A DNA stretch of 10,009 nt from Candidatus Thorarchaeota archaeon SMTZ1-45 (lineage in GTDB: Archaea > Asgardarchaeota > Thorarchaeia > Thorarchaeales > Thorarchaeaceae), in NCBI GenBank assembly GCA_001563335.1, contig LRSL01000114.1, forward strand, positions 1 through 10,009. Direction: 5' to 3'. Of the stretch, positions 7,670 to 10,009 are shown piece after piece. The notes below the pieces were generated by a model. That model was not told where the DNA came from and searched no databases. It was given only the letters and a program-made list of their open reading frames with translations. How positions within the stretch are numbered: the first letter of the stretch is position 1; each line of letters starts with the position of its first letter. A program made the translations under genes and the position numbers.

Positions 7670-8003
7670 ATCCAAACCCTATTCCGAATCCTAGTGTTTC
7701 TCCATTTCATAAGAATGAGGACGCACTAGTAAGAAGACACAACGGTATAGACTAGTACGGTAGTGATTTCCAGAAATCGTCAAATCTCTGCGCGGTGCCA
7801 AGAATCCCTGAGCTATAGCTAGGCTGACGAACGCCAAACACGCAACAACTATGCTTGCTAATTTATAACTACCTGAAGAGCTTCGTATCAGCTACTCTTG
7901 TTATTTAGTGAATTCTAGAACATCGAAGGACTTATTAGGAACTAGTTAAAGAGTTTAGGTTAATTATGTTAAGGTATTCGCGTTAACTCAGAAGGCTGGA
8001 GAA

Positions 8004-8474
8004 ATGTTTAGCTACCTTCGATATCCTACCAGGCAACAGGGGCTTATCTGGCTCAGGCGTCGCCAGAAGGAGAGACCTTCAGAGATTGCCAAGGATCTGA
8101 GGGTATCACGACCATTTGTCACCATGGCCCAAAAGACAGCAGAGGAGCGAATCCTCAAACTCCTTCAACATACAGCATCAGTCAATCGAGTGAAGATTGA
8201 GCGACTAAGCACACGATACGGCATTGCCAAAGGGTATTGCCATGCTTACGATACAGACACATACATCTTCTATTCTCCAAAGATTGGTCTTCAAATCTGG
8301 TATGAGCACAAGCGCGATTGTGGCACATGCGAGATGCAGGACCAATGTCTAAAGACTCTTCGAACACTGGCAGAGGAGTGGGAGATCCCTCTTCCAGATG
8401 ACAGGCCTCCAACAGAACTCGGCGGTTACCTAGTTGATATAATTAGGAGGCGATTGAAGTGGAATCAACAATAA
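8004..8474 (+). CDS. Hypothetical archaeal HTH DNA-binding protein with C-terminal His/Cys metal-binding motif
   Basis: PTRQQGLIW...RPSEIAKDLRVSRPFVT...AEERI resembles a sigma70-region-4/LuxR-like HTH. H-x3-C-x2-C-x5-C motif (HKRDCGTCEMQDQC). GGAG precedes the ATG. Overlaps the next gene by 16 nt. Confidence 0.75.
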   Translation: MFSYLRYPTRQQGLIWLRRRQKERPSEIAKDLRVSRPFVTMAQKTAEERILKLLQHTASVNRVKIERLSTRYGIAKGYCHAYDTDTYIFYSPKIGLQIWYEHKRDCGTCEMQDQCLKTLRTLAEEWEIPLPDDRPPTELGGYLVDIIRRRLKWNQQ

Positions 8475-9580
8475 AAAACAGTCAGAGAATATGTCCTGTT
8501 CCTCCAGGTTCCAAGATGGGACTGAACTGGCGATTGAGACCTAGAACTATCATGGCTGTGGGTCTTACGTTCATGTTGACAACAACCGGTCTGGCGTTTT
8601 ACTTGATCCAACCAACTCCCATTGGGGGAATAATAACAGACCCAGTGCTTAAAGTATACAACCCACAAGCTGCCATAGTGATCGATGGGGATGCCAACTT
8701 CTCTGACATAGCTCTGCTAGAGGGATGGCCTGGTGATGGTTCTCCTGAGAACCCGTTCATTATTGACGGGTTGAACACTGCCCCAGGCGGTGGATGGATT
8801 GAAAGTATATACATCAGAAACACTCGAGTAAACTTCATCATATGCAACTGCAATTACATTGGAGCTCCTGAGGATACGTTCGGGTTCTCATGGGAACCTG
8901 GAATCTACCTAAATAATGTCACCAACGGTGAGCTAGTCAACAACACCTGCAAAAAGAACCCCATCGGCATCCTCCTCGACTCCTCGAATTCCAACACCGT
9001 GGTGAACAACACGTGCATCGACAACTTCCATGGCATCTACCTCAATGAATCAGTTTCCAACACCGTGGTCAACAACACGTGCACTGACAATTCCGAATGG
9101 GGAATGAGCGTCGCTGGGTTTGGCATCTGCCTAGAATACTCAGACTCCAACACCGTGGCGAACAACATCTGCAACAACAACAATGCAATTGGCATCTGCC
9201 TTGATGGATCGAGTTACAACACCGTGGAGAACAACACCTGCAACAGCAACGACATTGGCATCTCCCTCAATAGAAAACTGCTAGTTATTCCAAGCAATAA
9301 ATTCGAGTATTGGACCTATTCACTTTCCAACACTGTTGTGAACAACACCTGCAACAACAACAGGGTTGGCATCTACCTCCTAGATCCACATTCGAACACC
9401 GTTGTCAACAACATCTTCTTGGGCAACACTGAACATGATTTACTCGAGGATTTCACACCCAGGAAGTTTGATACTAAAGTTCTCCAGTCTATTGGGTTCT
9501 TCGGCTTAATGGGGTTCGCAGGAATCATAATGCTGGGTGCAGCATGGAGAATGTTGTCAGGAATAAGAAAATACGACTAA
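8459..9580 (+). CDS. Membrane-anchored right-handed parallel beta-helix (NosD/CASH-like) surface protein
   Basis: GTG start with AGGAGG at 8445-8450. N-terminal hydrophobic segment, cap motif IDGDANF...GWPGDGSPENPFIIDGL, repeated GI-x-L-xx-S-xx-NTVVNNTC-xx-N coils, and a C-terminal TM helix with basic tail. Confidence 0.85.
   Translation: MESTIKNSQRICPVPPGSKMGLNWRLRPRTIMAVGLTFMLTTTGLAFYLIQPTPIGGIITDPVLKVYNPQAAIVIDGDANFSDIALLEGWPGDGSPENPFIIDGLNTAPGGGWIESIYIRNTRVNFIICNCNYIGAPEDTFGFSWEPGIYLNNVTNGELVNNTCKKNPIGILLDSSNSNTVVNNTCIDNFHGIYLNESVSNTVVNNTCTDNSEWGMSVAGFGICLEYSDSNTVANNICNNNNAIGICLDGSSYNTVENNTCNSNDIGISLNRKLLVIPSNKFEYWTYSLSNTVVNNTCNNNRVGIYLLDPHSNTVVNNIFLGNTEHDLLEDFTPRKFDTKVLQSIGFFGLMGFAGIIMLGAAWRMLSGIRKYD
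8936..9430 (+). repeat. Intragenic ~66-nt tandem repeats encoding beta-helix coils
   Basis: Core TCCAACACCGTGGTGAACAACACxTGC and variants start at 8990, 9056, 9146, 9215, 9326 and 9392 (spacings 66, 90, 69, 111, 66), each preceded by a GGCATC(T/C)xCCT element. Confidence 0.85.
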
Positions 9581-9596
9581 AAAGGGAATGGTTGAA

Positions 9597-10009
9597 GTGG
9601 AATCAGAAGTAGAAAGCAAGTCAAGAATATGCCCTGTTCCTCCAGGCTCCAAGATGGGTCTGAACTGGCGATTGAGACCTAGAACTATCATGGTTGTGAG
9701 TCTGACATTCATGTTGACAACTGGTCTAGTGTATGTTTGGTTACCAAGACCACAGCCGATTATAATAATTGACCTACCAGAGGATGATCCAATCATCGAA
9801 TATGGCTTCATAACTATTGATGGGGATACCAACTTCTCGGATACAGCTCTGGTAGAGGGCTGGGAAGGTGATGGTTCTCCTGGAAATCCGTTCATAATTG
9901 ACGGGTTGCACATTGACCTTGGCGTTGAATTTGGTCACTGCATAATGATTAGCAATACACGAGTCAGCTTCACCATCAGCAACTGCAATCTCACAGGGGC
10001 TAATGTGAC
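9597..10009 (+). CDS. Second NosD-like beta-helix surface protein paralog, N-terminal part, truncated by window edge
   Basis: Absent from the ORF track because it has no stop in the window. Reads (M)ESEVESKSRICPVPPGSKMGLNWRLRPRTIMVVSLTFMLTTGLVYVWLPRPQP...IDGDTNFSDTALVEGWEGDGSPGNPFIIDGL...ISNTRVSFTISNCNLTG. GTG 9597 is chosen by homology with copy 1; in-frame ATG 9588 is an alternative. Confidence 0.88.
   Translation, partial: MESEVESKSRICPVPPGSKMGLNWRLRPRTIMVVSLTFMLTTGLVYVWLPRPQPIIIIDLPEDDPIIEYGFITIDGDTNFSDTALVEGWEGDGSPGNPFIIDGLHIDLGVEFGHCIMISNTRVSFTISNCNLTGANV

Noticed and set aside
7275-8003. tRNA, rRNA or IS element in the long gap
   Set aside because: No cloverleaf or T-arm motif, no rRNA signature and no transposase-like frame was recognised by eye.
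8936-9430. AAC-rich repeats as a DGR template repeat or CRISPR array
   Set aside because: The repeats are in-frame Asn-ladder coils, the differences are not adenine-specific, no reverse transcriptase or cas gene is present, and there is no constant repeat-spacer pattern.
178-9913. Short alternative-frame or antisense ORFs (178-495, 3992-4192, 4108-4308, 4166-4561, 4856-5044, 4862-5092, 5580-5861, 6470-6655, 8182-8412, 8465-8668, 8599-8853, 9557-9913)
   Set aside because: They overlap well-supported genes and have no motifs. The similarity between 8599-8853 and 9557-9913 only mirrors the plus-strand paralogs.

Overview
Archaeal-type genomic window. Asgard/Thorarchaeota-like origin is an inference from TATA-like promoters, GGAGG(TGA) ribosome-binding sites, the MtmB/corrinoid pair and the GW-x-GDGS-xx-NPFIID beta-helix surface proteins. 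In order: the 3' end of an Opp/Dpp-family ABC importer operon (permease C-terminus, two ATPases); a corrinoid protein plus an MtmB-family methyltransferase with no in-frame amber codon (Met at the pyrrolysine site, active-site glutamates apparently lost); a convergent, uncharacterised ribbon-helix-helix regulator with an internally duplicated putative sensor domain, whose promoter shares clustered TGTTCA sites with the corrinoid/MtmB promoter; a divergent PuuE/HP0310-like CE4 deacetylase; an SDR oxidoreductase broken by TGA at codon 3; a ~730-nt gap with a candidate small basic ORF; an HTH/Cys-motif protein; and two tandem NosD-like beta-helix surface protein paralogs that share an invariant 23-aa leader. 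The best candidate for an undescribed system is a regulated, pyrrolysine-independent MtmB demethylation module for an unknown methylated substrate.
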